Origin: an uncultured Flavobacteriaceae bacterium
Lineage (GTDB): Bacteria > Bacteroidota > Bacteroidia > Flavobacteriales > Flavobacteriaceae
Direction: 5' to 3'
Length of the DNA: 64,000 nt
NCBI GenBank assembly: GCA_937944485.1
Contig: CALDYU010000011.1
Location: 597-64,596, forward strand
The position numbers and the translations under genes are program-made. This document shows, piece after piece, positions 34,108 through 44,781 of this stretch (its first letter is position 1; every line of letters begins with the position of its first letter). Under the pieces are notes generated by a model that saw only the letters and a program-made list of their open reading frames with translations, did no database searches and was not told where the DNA came from.

Positions 34108-35874
34108 CTAAGCCACTTCCTCAGCTAAAAATTGTGCCTCGTATAAGTCGCGGTAATATCCGCGCGCTTTAAGTAGTTCTTGATGCGTGCCTGTCTCCAC
34201 TATTTTACCAGCATCCATAACAATAATCTTATCTGCTTTTTTAATAGTAGCTAGGCGATGTGCAATAATAATTGAGGTTCTTCCTTCCGTGATTTTTTCA
34301 GTAGCTCTTTGTATTAATTGTTCTGAATAGGTGTCTACCGATGACGTTGCTTCATCTAATACCAAAATACTCGGATTGCTAACATAGGCTCTTAAAAAAG
34401 CAATCAATTGACGCTGCCCACTTGAAAGCATACTTCCGCGCTCTTTTACATTATATTCATAGCCTTTAGGCAAACTAGAAATAAACTCGTCTACCCCTAT
34501 TTGTTCAGCTGCTTTCTTAATCATCTCGGCTGTAATGGATGCATCTTTTAGAGATATATTATTCGTAATTGTATCTGCGAAGAGAAAGACATCTTGTAAA
34601 ACCACGGCAATGTGTTTACGCAAGGATGTTAACGTATGCGCTTTGATATCAATTCCGTCAATCAAAATGCTACCAGAATTAATTTCATAAAATCGATTCA
34701 ACAAATTGATAATCGTAGATTTACCGGCTCCCGTGGCCCCAACAATTGCAATGGTTTCTCCTGCTTGTACTTTAAAAGAAATTCCGTGTAAAACTTCTTC
34801 ATTTTCTAAGTAGCCAAAATGAACTTTATCAAAAGTGATATTGCCCTTCATAGCTTCGTTTACAAAGGTGCCGACATTTTTTATATGACTATCGGTATCC
34901 AAAATCTTGAAAACACGATTTGCAGCCACCATTCCCATTTGCAAGGTGTTGAATTTATCAGCTATTTGCCGTAACGGTCTAAATAACATATCAATTAGAA
35001 GAATAAAAGCGAAAATAGTACCGAATTCTTCTTGAGCAAGCCCTGATACATTTTGGAGTCCACCGTACCAGACGATAAGTCCAACTCCGATAGAAGAAAC
35101 TATCTCAGCAATAGGAAAGAAGATTGAATTGTACCAAACCGTTTTTAACCAAGCATTCTGGTGTTTTTCATTAATATTTCGAAATTTCTCACCTTCTAGA
35201 TACTCTCTAGTAAACAGTTGAACGATTTTCATACCTGCAATTCTTTCTTGCACAAACGAATTTAAATTCGACACTTGCGCACGTACTTCAATAAACGCTA
35301 CTTTCATAGCCTGTTGAAAAAGGCGAGTTGCGTAAACAATTACAGGAAGAATGGCAAAAACAATTAATGCCAGCCTCCAATTTATTATGAGCATGACTCC
35401 TGCTGCAACTAACATTTTCAAGAGGTCTGCAACAATTACGAAAAAACCTTGGCTAAAAATCTCACCAATACGCTGCATATCAGCAACAGCACGTGTAACC
35501 AATACACCGAGTGAAGAATTATCGTAATACTTCATTCGAAAGCCCAGCATATGCTTAAATAAATTGACACGAATATCTTTTATTACTGATTCTCCAAGCC
35601 AATTGGCATAATAATTAAATAGCAATTGAAAAATTACCTGAGCTAAAAGAACCCCAAGCATGGCAAGAGTTAACCAAAATAATTTTTCTTCATTACTTTT
35701 CTTAATCGCATCATCAATAATTTCTCGTAATAACAAGGGGGTGAGAATCGCAAAACCCGAAATCAAAACGGCTGATAGAGCAACGCCGTAAAACGTAATT
35801 CTATAAGGTTTTGTATGCATTAACAAACGTTTAAACAAACGCTTATCAAAAGCTTTTCCTGAATCTTTATCCAT
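34108..35874 (-). CDS. ABC transporter permease/ATP-binding fusion (MsbA-like exporter)
   Basis: Six N-terminal TM segments, Walker A GATGAGKST, signature LSSGQRQ and Walker B ILVLDEATS. Confidence 0.9.
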   Translation of the reverse strand: MDKDSGKAFDKRLFKRLLMHTKPYRITFYGVALSAVLISGFAILTPLLLREIIDDAIKKSNEEKLFWLTLAMLGVLLAQVIFQLLFNYYANWLGESVIKDIRVNLFKHMLGFRMKYYDNSSLGVLVTRAVADMQRIGEIFSQGFFVIVADLLKMLVAAGVMLIINWRLALIVFAILPVIVYATRLFQQAMKVAFIEVRAQVSNLNSFVQERIAGMKIVQLFTREYLEGEKFRNINEKHQNAWLKTVWYNSIFFPIAEIVSSIGVGLIVWYGGLQNVSGLAQEEFGTIFAFILLIDMLFRPLRQIADKFNTLQMGMVAANRVFKILDTDSHIKNVGTFVNEAMKGNITFDKVHFGYLENEEVLHGISFKVQAGETIAIVGATGAGKSTIINLLNRFYEINSGSILIDGIDIKAHTLTSLRKHIAVVLQDVFLFADTITNNISLKDASITAEMIKKAAEQIGVDEFISSLPKGYEYNVKERGSMLSSGQRQLIAFLRAYVSNPSILVLDEATSSVDTYSEQLIQRATEKITEGRTSIIIAHRLATIKKADKIIVMDAGKIVETGTHQELLKARGYYRDLYEAQFLAEEVA

Positions 35875-36618
35875 TTATTGAAGTGAGCTATTTGGGTAAG
35901 TAATCTCAGTCAAATATAAGCCTTTTGCAGGTACTGATGTACCAGCATTACTTCGATCTTTACTATTTATGATTGCCTTAACATCTTCAACCGTTCGCTT
36001 GCCAATACCAACATCTAATAAGGTTCCTACTATAGCTCGAACCATATTCCTTAAAAATCGATTTGCAGTAATTGTAAATACCAACAATTCAGATTCCATA
36101 GTCCACTTCGCATTAGTGATATTACATAAATAGGTATGTACATCAGTATTTGACTTTGAAAAGCATTCAAAATCTTCGTACTGTAATAAAAGAGCAGCCG
36201 CTTGATTCATTTTAATAATATCTAAAGGATGTTTAAGATAATACGCTGCATCATCGTAAAACGGATTTTTATCTTGAACAATCCAATATTCATACGTACG
36301 ACTAGTGGCATCAAAACGAGCATGAGCCTTTGGTTGCACACTTATAATTTGCTGCACTGCTATATCATTGGGCAATAGTGCGTTCAGTTTATAAATTAAA
36401 TCTGTAATATCATTAATCTCATTACTATCAAAATGTGCGAACATTTGTTTAGCATGCACTCCTGCATCAGTGCGACCCGCCCCCATTAGTGAAACATCAC
36501 TACGTAATAGTGTAAAAAAAGCGTTCTCTAGAACCTGCTGTACCGTTATCGCATTGGGTTGATTCTGCCAACCGTGATACGCTTTTCCGTTATATGAAAA
36601 TTGAATAAAATATCTCAA
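35875..36618 (-). CDS. truA: tRNA pseudouridine(38-40) synthase
   Basis: GAGRTDAGVHA catalytic-Asp motif; 247 aa. Confidence 0.95.
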   Translation of the reverse strand: MRYFIQFSYNGKAYHGWQNQPNAITVQQVLENAFFTLLRSDVSLMGAGRTDAGVHAKQMFAHFDSNEINDITDLIYKLNALLPNDIAVQQIISVQPKAHARFDATSRTYEYWIVQDKNPFYDDAAYYLKHPLDIIKMNQAAALLLQYEDFECFSKSNTDVHTYLCNITNAKWTMESELLVFTITANRFLRNMVRAIVGTLLDVGIGKRTVEDVKAIINSKDRSNAGTSVPAKGLYLTEITYPNSSLQ

Positions 36619-36694
36619 TGGTATTCTCTAGCTTTGCTGCAAAGATAGATGACCCTTCGGAATTCTAAAGGTCGTATTAACAATTCCGCCAGAA

Positions 36695-37189
36695 ATGAAA
36701 AAAATCCTTCTGCTTTCAGATACCCACTCCCATATAGATGATAAAATTCTGAAATATGTTCAGCAAGCAGATGAAGTTTGGCATGCGGGAGATATTGGAA
36801 GTTTAGAAGTTACCGATGCTCTTCAAAAAATTAAGCCCCTCCGCGCTGTTTATGGAAATATCGATGACCATATTATTCAAAAGGAATTTCCCCTTAACAA
36901 CCGTTTTATGTGCGAGGGCGTTGATGTTTTCATGACACATATAGGGGGTTATCCTCCAAAGTATAATGGTCGGACCAAAAAAATGGTCAGTGAAAATCCG
37001 CCAAAACTTTTTATTTGCGGCCATTCGCATATTTTAAAGGTAATGTGGGATAAACCGCTGGGAGTGCTCCACATGAATCCAGGTGCTTGCGGAAAACACG
37101 GTTTTCATCAAGTACGAACTATGTTACGCTTTGTAATTGATGGAGAAGATGTAAAAGATTTGGAAATTATTGAATTAGGCAAGCGGTAG
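36695..37189 (+). CDS. Metallophosphoesterase (YfcE/MJ0936-like)
   Basis: Motifs LSDTHS, HAGD, GNID and CGHSH appear in order. Confidence 0.85.
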   Translation: MKKILLLSDTHSHIDDKILKYVQQADEVWHAGDIGSLEVTDALQKIKPLRAVYGNIDDHIIQKEFPLNNRFMCEGVDVFMTHIGGYPPKYNGRTKKMVSENPPKLFICGHSHILKVMWDKPLGVLHMNPGACGKHGFHQVRTMLRFVIDGEDVKDLEIIELGKR

Positions 37190-37294
37190 ATTCTGAGTAG
37201 GATTTGGAAATGGGAAAATAGACACTAAAACAAATTTTTTAGACTCTCAAACGCAATCAAATTGAAATCTTGAAACAAGTTCAGGTTAAATAAA

Positions 37295-37318
37295 AAACCC
37301 GGGAACAACCCCGGGTTT
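37295..37318 (-). terminator. Rho-independent terminator between convergent genes
   Basis: AAACCCGGG (37295-37303) pairs with CCCGGGTTT (37310-37318) across a 6-nt loop. On the minus strand the stem runs into a T-run (complement of A37292-37297). Confidence 0.6.
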
Positions 37319-37347
37319 CACGCACTAATAAAACTAAGATGTTAGGT

Positions 37348-37758
37348 TTAACGCAAGCGATCAACAGATTTTACAAGATCTTCATCCTTTTTAATAGCTC
37401 TGTTCGCCAGAACTAAAAAAACGATAGAAAATACAGGAATGAGCATCCCAATACCCTTCTCAGAAACCAAGGCCTCTCCGGATAAATTTAGCGATCGGTA
37501 AACGAAAAATCCTAGTAAAAAAAGACTTAATATCAGGTTCAATCTATTAATTACAAATTGATTTTTTCTGTTCTTAAATAAAAATATACTTATTAACGCC
37601 AAAGCTGCAATACTATAGAATATAATAGAAATCATCACATCTTGATGGGCATAAAACGCATCGTTATCCATGGTATTCCATAACGGAAGCCACAATGGGA
37701 CTAAACCACTTAAAAGTGCCACAATTAAGAGAAATACGGATTGAATTCTTTGAATCAT
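37348..37758 (-). CDS. DUF4293-like small membrane protein
   Basis: 136 aa with four hydrophobic segments. Placement next to rho is conserved in Flavobacteriia (recollection). Confidence 0.55.
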   Translation of the reverse strand: MIQRIQSVFLLIVALLSGLVPLWLPLWNTMDNDAFYAHQDVMISIIFYSIAALALISIFLFKNRKNQFVINRLNLILSLFLLGFFVYRSLNLSGEALVSEKGIGMLIPVFSIVFLVLANRAIKKDEDLVKSVDRLR

Positions 37759-37955
37759 TTCCTATTTTAACAGCTTCAGAAAACAAAAATACGTGTCTTT
37801 TTAAAAAATATTGCTGCAATACTAAAAATAATTTGTAATATTGCTTCGTTATTAGTGAAACACCTACCATTCGGGAAAATCTTTTCCAAATAATATTTCT
37901 ACATAACATACCTCTTTATAGTACTTTCTAAAGATTATAATTTATACCATATTTA

Positions 37956-39557
37956 ATGTTTGAGATTTCAGATTTAAAATCAAAAAAGCTTCCTGAGCTT
38001 CAGGAAATTGCCAAAGGCTTAAACGTACCAAAGTACAAAACACAAAAAAAATTAGATTTAGTTTATCAAATTTTAGATGTTCAAGCATCTAATCCGAAAG
38101 CTGCGGCTGAAGTGATTCCTGCTCCTACAAAAACGGAAGATGAAAAACCAAAACCGCGGCCACGTGTTCGCGTTATAAAAGAGGATAAAAAAGAAGAATC
38201 AATACCTGAAAAACCTGAAACAACGACCTCTAAAATAGAACCAACTGCTAAAACAGAAGGAGAAGAAACACCACGACCTAGACCAAGACCAAGGCCACAA
38301 AACAACGGCAATGGTAAGCGCGATCAAAAAAATAACGGACCGCATAAAAACCAGCATAAGAAACAGCATCAAAAAGGTAGAGAAGACAAAAATAACTTTG
38401 ACAAAGACCTTAAAAATAGATATAAAGAACCGGAGTTTGAATTTGATAGTATTATAGAAAGTGAAGGCGTATTAGACATCATGCAAGATGGTTATGGCTT
38501 CTTACGCTCATCAGATTACAATTACTTGTCATCACCAGATGATATTTATGTATCACAATCTCAAATTCGTTTGTTTGGTTTAAAAACTGGTGACACTGTT
38601 TTAGGCAATGTACGACCACCTAAGGAAGGAGAAAAATATTTTCCTTTAATTAAAGTAAATAAAATTAATGGTATTGATCCTCAAATTGTTCGTGATCGTG
38701 TTTCTTTCGAACATTTAACACCATTATTTCCTGACGAAAAATTCAAATTGGCTGAGCGTCAAGCTTCTATATCAACTAGAATTATTGATTTATTCTCACC
38801 AATTGGTAAAGGGCAAAGAGGAATGATTGTTTCGCAACCCAAAACGGGTAAGACCATGCTATTGAAAGATATTGCCAATGGTATTGCAGCAAATCATCCT
38901 GAAGTATATCAGATTATCTTATTAATTGATGAACGACCAGAAGAGGTTACTGATATGCAACGAAATGTTCAAGGTGAAGTTGTTGCTTCTACCTTTGACA
39001 AAGAAGCTACAGAACATGTTCGTGTCGCTAATATCGTACTTGAAAAAGCTAAGCGACTCGTCGAATGTGGTCATGATGTTGTCATTTTATTAGATTCTAT
39101 TACACGTTTAGCAAGAGCCTATAATACCGTACAGCCCGCTTCAGGGAAGGTATTAAGTGGTGGTGTTGATGCGAATGCGTTACACAAACCGAAACGTTTC
39201 TTTGGCGCCGCCAGAAATATCGAAGGCGGTGGCTCGTTATCTATCATTGCAACGGCCCTTACCGAAACAGGTTCGAAAATGGACGAGGTTATTTTTGAAG
39301 AATTTAAAGGAACTGGTAATATGGAATTGCAATTAGATCGTAAGATTTCGAACCGAAGAATATTCCCAGCAATTGACCTTACTTCTTCAAGTACACGAAG
39401 AGACGACTTGTTGTTAGATAAAGATATTATTCAACGCATGTGGATTATGCGTAAATATTTAGCAGATATGAACCCTGTTGAGGCGATGGAATTTATTGAG
39501 CAACGTTTTAAACAAACCAAAAACAACGAAGAGTTTTTAATGACTATGAATCAGTAG
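37956..39557 (+). CDS. rho: Transcription termination factor Rho with long disordered N-terminal insertion
   Basis: An N-terminal Rho_N helix bundle is followed by a ~120-aa K/P/E/N/Q-rich insert and then an RNA-binding CSD-like domain. The ATPase core carries Walker A (QPKTGKT). Confidence 0.97.
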   Translation: MFEISDLKSKKLPELQEIAKGLNVPKYKTQKKLDLVYQILDVQASNPKAAAEVIPAPTKTEDEKPKPRPRVRVIKEDKKEESIPEKPETTTSKIEPTAKTEGEETPRPRPRPRPQNNGNGKRDQKNNGPHKNQHKKQHQKGREDKNNFDKDLKNRYKEPEFEFDSIIESEGVLDIMQDGYGFLRSSDYNYLSSPDDIYVSQSQIRLFGLKTGDTVLGNVRPPKEGEKYFPLIKVNKINGIDPQIVRDRVSFEHLTPLFPDEKFKLAERQASISTRIIDLFSPIGKGQRGMIVSQPKTGKTMLLKDIANGIAANHPEVYQIILLIDERPEEVTDMQRNVQGEVVASTFDKEATEHVRVANIVLEKAKRLVECGHDVVILLDSITRLARAYNTVQPASGKVLSGGVDANALHKPKRFFGAARNIEGGGSLSIIATALTETGSKMDEVIFEEFKGTGNMELQLDRKISNRRIFPAIDLTSSSTRRDDLLLDKDIIQRMWIMRKYLADMNPVEAMEFIEQRFKQTKNNEEFLMTMNQ

Positions 39558-39580
39558 TTTAGAGAGCAACTTTATAACGA

Positions 39581-39623
39581 AATCCCCAATTATTAGAATC
39601 AAGAGATTTAATGTTTGGGGATT
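39581..39623 (+). terminator. Possible rho terminator hairpin followed by T-rich tract
   Basis: AATCCCCA (39581-39588) pairs with TGGGGATT (39616-39623), but the loop is 27 nt. Long T-runs follow at about 39640-39675. Confidence 0.35.
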
Positions 39624-39753
39624 CTTATTTCTAATTACTAGTTTTTTTCTTTTTTTTGGTTTCTTCAGTTTTTAAGATATCTTTAACACGTAAAAGCATC
39701 ATGTATCCCCCGGCTTTTACGTAAAACAAATACCTAATTAAATACATTATCTT

Positions 39754-40437
39754 ATGAAAAACTCGCAACAATTATTGTTGAATGCCGCCTTGTTTTCATT
39801 ATTAGCTGGTGGTCTTAGCAGCTGTCAAGGGGAAAAACAAAAACCAGAACAAAATAATGAGCCTGTGCCGATAACGGTTGAAGCCCCAGCAAACATTATT
39901 TCTTTAGAACAAGCTGATTCTATTTATGCGAATTACACCAAACATCGTGTCGCCGCAATTGAAAACTACGAAACTCAAGAGCGATCTCCTTCAGAAAAAT
40001 TTGAGGCCGCCCGTTTTGTAGATTTCGACTATCAAATGATTAAAGATTACATAGCATATGTTGACCAAGAAGCCTCAAAAGCAGGTGTAAAAGAAGTTAC
40101 AAAATTGCGTATGTATTTTGGTAATTATCCTAATAAAAAGCATTTTTCAAATGGAAAAAAAGTTGTTCATCCTAGACAAAATTCCATTTTCTTACTGCCC
40201 ACTTTGGCTGAAAATAAAGGTAATTATGGCTTTTATATAGGTAGCAATGGAAAAGCAGAATTAATTAAAGACTGGAAAGCTAAAATGCTGAAAGGAATGG
40301 GGTCGACATTGTCAAAACGTAAAATGAACGAGGCAAGTTTATTAACCAATTTCTTTTCAACTAGTAATGCCCAAGGAGGGGGGAGTTTAACATTGAATTT
40401 CGGAAACGGAGGGCCACCACCTCATACTGATTTTTAA
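39754..40437 (+). CDS. Hypothetical lipoprotein (227 aa)
   Basis: Lipobox GLSSC|Q; no recognisable domain. Confidence 0.6.
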   Translation: MKNSQQLLLNAALFSLLAGGLSSCQGEKQKPEQNNEPVPITVEAPANIISLEQADSIYANYTKHRVAAIENYETQERSPSEKFEAARFVDFDYQMIKDYIAYVDQEASKAGVKEVTKLRMYFGNYPNKKHFSNGKKVVHPRQNSIFLLPTLAENKGNYGFYIGSNGKAELIKDWKAKMLKGMGSTLSKRKMNEASLLTNFFSTSNAQGGGSLTLNFGNGGPPPHTDF

Positions 40438-40440
40438 ATA

Positions 40441-41130
40441 ATGTGGGAGGAAATGATCTTTTTTGCTGAAGAAAATTATTTTCTAATAAGTTATGGCATA
40501 ACCCTAATAGCCTCCTTAACTTATTATCGAATGTACTTTGACACATGCTTAAGGTTTTTTCCAATACTCATAACGTACACCTTTTTAAATGAACTTTTAG
40601 GGTACTTAGTATTGAGATACCCGAAATATCATTTATATATAAATGTAGACTTTAGTCATTATACTGAAATACTATATAATATCTATGCTCTAATTTCATT
40701 TACATTTTTCTATTATGTGTACTGGAAACTAATAAAAAACGGCAACTATAAAAAGTGGATTGTAGCGGGTTGGTTATTAGTGCTACTCTCGTATATTGTA
40801 AGCTCATTTTTTCAAGATCCGCAACGAACGAATCTATTTTATGCCACGGCCATTGGCTCATGGGTATTAATTTTTTGCATAAGTCTGTATGTATTAGAGA
40901 AATACCATAACCATGAAAATTTAATACAATCGAAGAATTTAATGTTTTGGTTTAGTCTGGCTCTATTAATATTCTATTCTGTACTACCTATTTTATTTTT
41001 AATTGGTTATACAAATTACCAGATTTGGGAAGCGTATCATTTAAAAACAATACTGAGAATCTTTATAATCATCATGTACGCCATCCTCACTATTGGATTT
41101 ATTAAAGGTAAACGACGCTACTTTTCTTAA
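40441..41130 (+). CDS. Hypothetical polytopic membrane protein (229 aa)
   Basis: About 6-7 hydrophobic segments rich in aromatic residues. It starts 3 nt after the lipoprotein stop. Confidence 0.6.
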   Translation: MWEEMIFFAEENYFLISYGITLIASLTYYRMYFDTCLRFFPILITYTFLNELLGYLVLRYPKYHLYINVDFSHYTEILYNIYALISFTFFYYVYWKLIKNGNYKKWIVAGWLLVLLSYIVSSFFQDPQRTNLFYATAIGSWVLIFCISLYVLEKYHNHENLIQSKNLMFWFSLALLIFYSVLPILFLIGYTNYQIWEAYHLKTILRIFIIIMYAILTIGFIKGKRRYFS

Positions 41131-41162
41131 TCGAACTTTATCGTAAAGTAGTTTTTGAGCAT

Positions 41163-41196
41163 AAAAAAACCTAACGAAATTCGTTAGGTTTTTTTA
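41163..41196. terminator. Bidirectional rho-independent terminator
   Basis: AAAAAAACCTAACG-aaatt-CGTTAGGTTTTTTT lies between the convergent genes 40441-41130(+) and rpsT(-). Confidence 0.7.
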
Positions 41197-41215
41197 TAAG
41201 CTTCATACAATGTAT

Positions 41216-41467
41216 TTACATTGAAGCAACGTGCTTTGCTAATTTACTTTTCAAATTAGCTGCTTTATTGTTATGAATAATATTGCGTTTTGCCAAGCGA
41301 TCAATCATGCTAACCACACTAGGCAATAGTGCTTCAGCATCTTTTTTCTTTTCTTCAGAACGCAATTTCTTCAAGGCATTACGCATTGTTTTGTGCTGAT
41401 ACCTATTACGAAGACGTACTGCTTCATTTCTTCTGATTCTCTTTAATGCTGACTTATGATTTGCCAT
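41216..41467 (-). CDS. rpsT: 30S ribosomal protein S20
   Basis: 83 aa; [12 protein letters not shown]... is the typical S20 N-terminus. Confidence 0.95.
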   Translation of the reverse strand: MANHKSALKRIRRNEAVRLRNRYQHKTMRNALKKLRSEEKKKDAEALLPSVVSMIDRLAKRNIIHNNKAANLKSKLAKHVASM

Positions 41468-41526
41468 CTTTTACTTCTTAATTATAATTCTATTCTGTTT
41501 TTTCGTCGATACCAATCGAACTTTTG

Positions 41527-41598
41527 TAGCCCGTAGGGGAATCGAACCCCTGTTACCAGGATGAAAACCTGGCGTCCTAACCCCTAGACGAACGGGCC
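41527..41598 (-). tRNA. tRNA-Glu (anticodon UUC)
   Basis: The reverse complement folds by hand into a cloverleaf. Acceptor stem is GGCCCGT/ACGGGCT, anticodon stem CCAGG/CCTGG with loop TTTTCAT (anticodon TTC), and T arm AGGGG-TTCGATT-CCCCT. No CCA is encoded. Confidence 0.93.
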
Positions 41599-41673
41599 AT
41601 TTTAATTAATAAGTGAAAATTGCCAATTCAATAGTATTATAAAATCAACAATTTATACCGATCATTAAATTTC

Positions 41674-41745
41674 GTAGTCCGTAGGGGAATCGAACCCCTG
41701 TTACCAGGATGAAAACCTGGCGTCCTAACCCCTAGACGAACGGAC
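41674..41745 (-). tRNA. tRNA-Glu (anticodon UUC), second copy
   Basis: Identical to the first copy except for a compensated acceptor-stem pair (C3-G70 becomes T3-A70). Confidence 0.93.
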
Positions 41746-41851
41746 CATTACTTAATTTTTGTTTACAACCCAGTGAACATCAACAAAAAACGTCATTAGG
41801 CGGGTGCAAAAATACAATTATTTTTGACTACTACAAGAACAATTTCATCTT

Positions 41852-43327
41852 TTAATAAGCCTTTGCAAATAGTACGCGATACGGGGCATTTTTTCCCGTA
41901 ACCATACACTTTCCTTCTTTTTTCTCTACGTCAATGGGCACACAACGAATCGTGGCTTTCGTTTCCTTTTTTATACGATCTTCTGTTTCAGTTGTTCCGT
42001 CCCAGTAAGCTGAAATAAATCCACCTTTTTCTTCCAATACTTTTTTGAATGATTCATACGAATCAACCTCTGTAATATGTTCTTTTCTATAATCAAAGGC
42101 TTTTTGGTAAATATTCTTTTGAATATCCTCCATCAAATACTCGATTTTTTCAATCACATCACCCGCAGCAACAATTTCCTTTTTTAGAGTATCTCTACGA
42201 GCAATCTCATAAGTGCCATTTTCCAAATCGCGTTGCCCAACAGCCAATCGAATTGGCACCCCTTTTAGCTCGTATTCATTAAACTTAAAACCTGGCTTAT
42301 GCGTATCTCTATTATCGAATTTTACAGAAATTCCTTTAGAACGTAATTCTTTTACTAAAGGTTTTATTTTTTCAGAAATTATATCTAGTTGTTCTAAGCC
42401 TTTATATATCGGAACAATTACCACTTGTATTGGTGCTAATTTTGGCGGAAGCACCAGTCCGTTATCATCACTATGGGTCATTACCAAGGCTCCCATCAAA
42501 CGGGTAGAAACACCCCATGACGTTGCCCAAACAAAATCTTTTTGACCTTCTTTATTTGCAAATTTAACATCGAAAGCCTTTGCAAAATTTTGTCCTAAAA
42601 AGTGTGACGTTCCTGCCTGTAAGGCTTTACCGTCTTGCATTAAAGCTTCGATGCAGTAGGTCTCTATCGCACCAGCAAAACGTTCACTTTCCGTTTTCAA
42701 CCCCTTAATTACAGGTACCGCCATATGTTCTTCGGCAAAAGTAGCATACACATGCATCATCTGTTCTGCTTCTTCAATGGCCTCTTTCTCAGTAGCATGA
42801 GCCGTATGACCCTCTTGCCATAAGAATTCTGCTGTACGTAAAAAAAGACGTGTTCGCATTTCCCACCGAACGACATTGGCCCATTGATTAATAAGTAATG
42901 GTAAATCGCGATAAGACTGCACCCATCTTCTGTACGTATCCCATATTATAGTTTCAGACGTAGGTCGTACAATTAATTCTTCTTCTAATTTCGCATCTTC
43001 ATCTACAATAATTTCACTCCCGTCATCTGAATTTTTCAATCGATAATGTGTCACAACAGCACACTCTTTAGCAAAACCTTCTACATGGCTTGCTTCTTTA
43101 CTCAAATAAGATTTTGGAATAAAAAGTGGAAAATAGGCGTTCTCATGCCCCGTTTCTTTAAACATTTTGTCTAAACCCGCTTGCATTTTTTCCCAAATAG
43201 CATAACCATATGGTTTAATCACCATACAGCCCCTAACTCCTGAATTCTCCGCCAAATCAGCCTTTACAACGAGTTCATTATACCATTTAGAATAATCTTC
43301 GTCTCTCTTCGTTAAATTTTTACCCAT
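41852..43327 (-). CDS. proS: Proline--tRNA ligase (archaeal/eukaryote-like type)
   Basis: 491 aa. The N-terminus [16 protein letters not shown]...[15 protein letters not shown] and the class II motifs match. Confidence 0.97.
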   Translation of the reverse strand: MGKNLTKRDEDYSKWYNELVVKADLAENSGVRGCMVIKPYGYAIWEKMQAGLDKMFKETGHENAYFPLFIPKSYLSKEASHVEGFAKECAVVTHYRLKNSDDGSEIIVDEDAKLEEELIVRPTSETIIWDTYRRWVQSYRDLPLLINQWANVVRWEMRTRLFLRTAEFLWQEGHTAHATEKEAIEEAEQMMHVYATFAEEHMAVPVIKGLKTESERFAGAIETYCIEALMQDGKALQAGTSHFLGQNFAKAFDVKFANKEGQKDFVWATSWGVSTRLMGALVMTHSDDNGLVLPPKLAPIQVVIVPIYKGLEQLDIISEKIKPLVKELRSKGISVKFDNRDTHKPGFKFNEYELKGVPIRLAVGQRDLENGTYEIARRDTLKKEIVAAGDVIEKIEYLMEDIQKNIYQKAFDYRKEHITEVDSYESFKKVLEEKGGFISAYWDGTTETEDRIKKETKATIRCVPIDVEKKEGKCMVTGKNAPYRVLFAKAY

Positions 43328-43422
43328 TTATATAGTTTGGCATAAATCTTGTGTTAATCTTTTCGCAATAGTTTGGTAAAACTAACTATTTTTATAATGT
43401 TCAACAATTTAAATTATAACTG

Positions 43423-44745
43423 ATGATACAATCCCTGCACCTCAAAAATATTCGCGCTCTAGTGTTATGTAGTTTTATAGGATTCTTAGCTGTTTCATGC
43501 GGTACATACCAATCTGCTTCTTACTATGACAATGATGGTATTTACAGTAATGGGCAACGTGTTTCTGTAGATAAAGCTCCAAAACAAGTGGAACAACAAA
43601 AACAGCAAAAAGGAGAAAATACCTATGCTGATTATTTTGGACAAAAAGCAGATCAGTACAGCGAAATACTCGAAAGTGAAATTTTTACTGATGTTGATTC
43701 TTATGCTAGTGAAGTGCAGAACGATAGTATTTCTGAAGAAAATTTAACAGATTACTACACTCCAGATAATGATTATGTTGGTAATGGTAACTGGGGAGAT
43801 AATCCATCAAATGTAACTATTAATGTTTACGATAATGGCTGGAATAATTGGGGTGGTTTCGGTTATGGTTGGAATAATTCTGGCTGGGCGGGAGCCGGCT
43901 TTGGTTATGGATTTGGAGGTTATGGATGGGGTTGGAATAGATGGAATCGTTGGAATAGATGGAATAACTGGGGTTGGGCTGGTTATGGTTTCGGTTGGAA
44001 CAATTGGGGCTGGGGTGGCTACGGCTATGCTTGGTGCCCTCCATATGGTTACGGATTTAATAATAGAGGCTTTGGAAATAGAGGATATGGCTATGCCTAT
44101 AACGCAGGTCGACGTGGCTATTATAACAGAAATACAGTCTCTAGAAACAATGGGTTTGCAGCACGAAGTAGCAGATCAAACCTAAACACATCGAGAGCCA
44201 ATAGTTCAAGATACAGAACGAGTTCAGGAATGTCAATTGCTAATAGAAATGCTATTACACGAAGTACTAGAACAAGCAGAAACGGTATTGCTTCGCGGCG
44301 AACGGTTGGGGTTGATCGTAATCAAGCATACAGAACAAGTCGTAGCACTAGAGCAACTCCGAGATACAATCGTTCTTCTAGAAATAATCAGTACTACAGT
44401 AGATCTGCACCAAGAAGCAGCAGCTACAGAGGTGGTTCGACGGTCTATAGAAGTTCAAGGTCTACGACACCTAGGACTTCAAGTTATAGAAGTTCTAGAA
44501 GCAGAACTGGAAATACTGGAGCGTACAGAAGTTCACGAAGTACGCAATCATACAGAAGTTCTGCGCCTCGATCTAGCAGCTACAGGTCATCAGGTCGAAG
44601 TTCAAGCTCAAGAAGTTCTGGCAGCTACAGAAGTTCGGGTAGTAGTTCTAGAAGTTCAGGTAGTGTTAGAAGCTCGAGCAGTTCTTCAAGATCCTCTTCA
44701 AGTGGAAGATCTTCAGGTAGATCATCTAGCAGTAGAAGACAATAA
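43423..44745 (+). CDS. Low-complexity lipoprotein: Trp/Gly/Asn-rich block followed by Arg/Ser/Tyr-rich tail
   Basis: A single 440-aa frame links a signal peptide + lipobox (LAVSC, Cys26) to both low-complexity regions. Other frames are also open here, so frame support comes from the N-terminal signal. Confidence 0.65.
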   Translation: MIQSLHLKNIRALVLCSFIGFLAVSCGTYQSASYYDNDGIYSNGQRVSVDKAPKQVEQQKQQKGENTYADYFGQKADQYSEILESEIFTDVDSYASEVQNDSISEENLTDYYTPDNDYVGNGNWGDNPSNVTINVYDNGWNNWGGFGYGWNNSGWAGAGFGYGFGGYGWGWNRWNRWNRWNNWGWAGYGFGWNNWGWGGYGYAWCPPYGYGFNNRGFGNRGYGYAYNAGRRGYYNRNTVSRNNGFAARSSRSNLNTSRANSSRYRTSSGMSIANRNAITRSTRTSRNGIASRRTVGVDRNQAYRTSRSTRATPRYNRSSRNNQYYSRSAPRSSSYRGGSTVYRSSRSTTPRTSSYRSSRSRTGNTGAYRSSRSTQSYRSSAPRSSSYRSSGRSSSSRSSGSYRSSGSSSRSSGSVRSSSSSSRSSSSGRSSGRSSSSRRQ

Positions 44746-44781
44746 TCAGACAATCATTCGAACTTAATAAATTCTGTTGAA

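Noticed and set aside
37809-37850. Direct repeat AATATTGCT (two copies) and small hairpins in the rho leader, considered as an autoregulatory leader element.
   Set aside because: These are short AT-rich repeats with no structure or conservation that I can evaluate here. They cannot be distinguished from chance.
43820-44767. Alternative-frame ORFs across the low-complexity lipoprotein gene: 43820-44044 (-), 43823-44185 (+) and 44237-44767 (+).
   Set aside because: Repetitive TGGAAT / AGAAGTTC-type DNA keeps several frames open. Only the 43423-44745 frame is continuous with a signal peptide + lipobox and spans the whole region.
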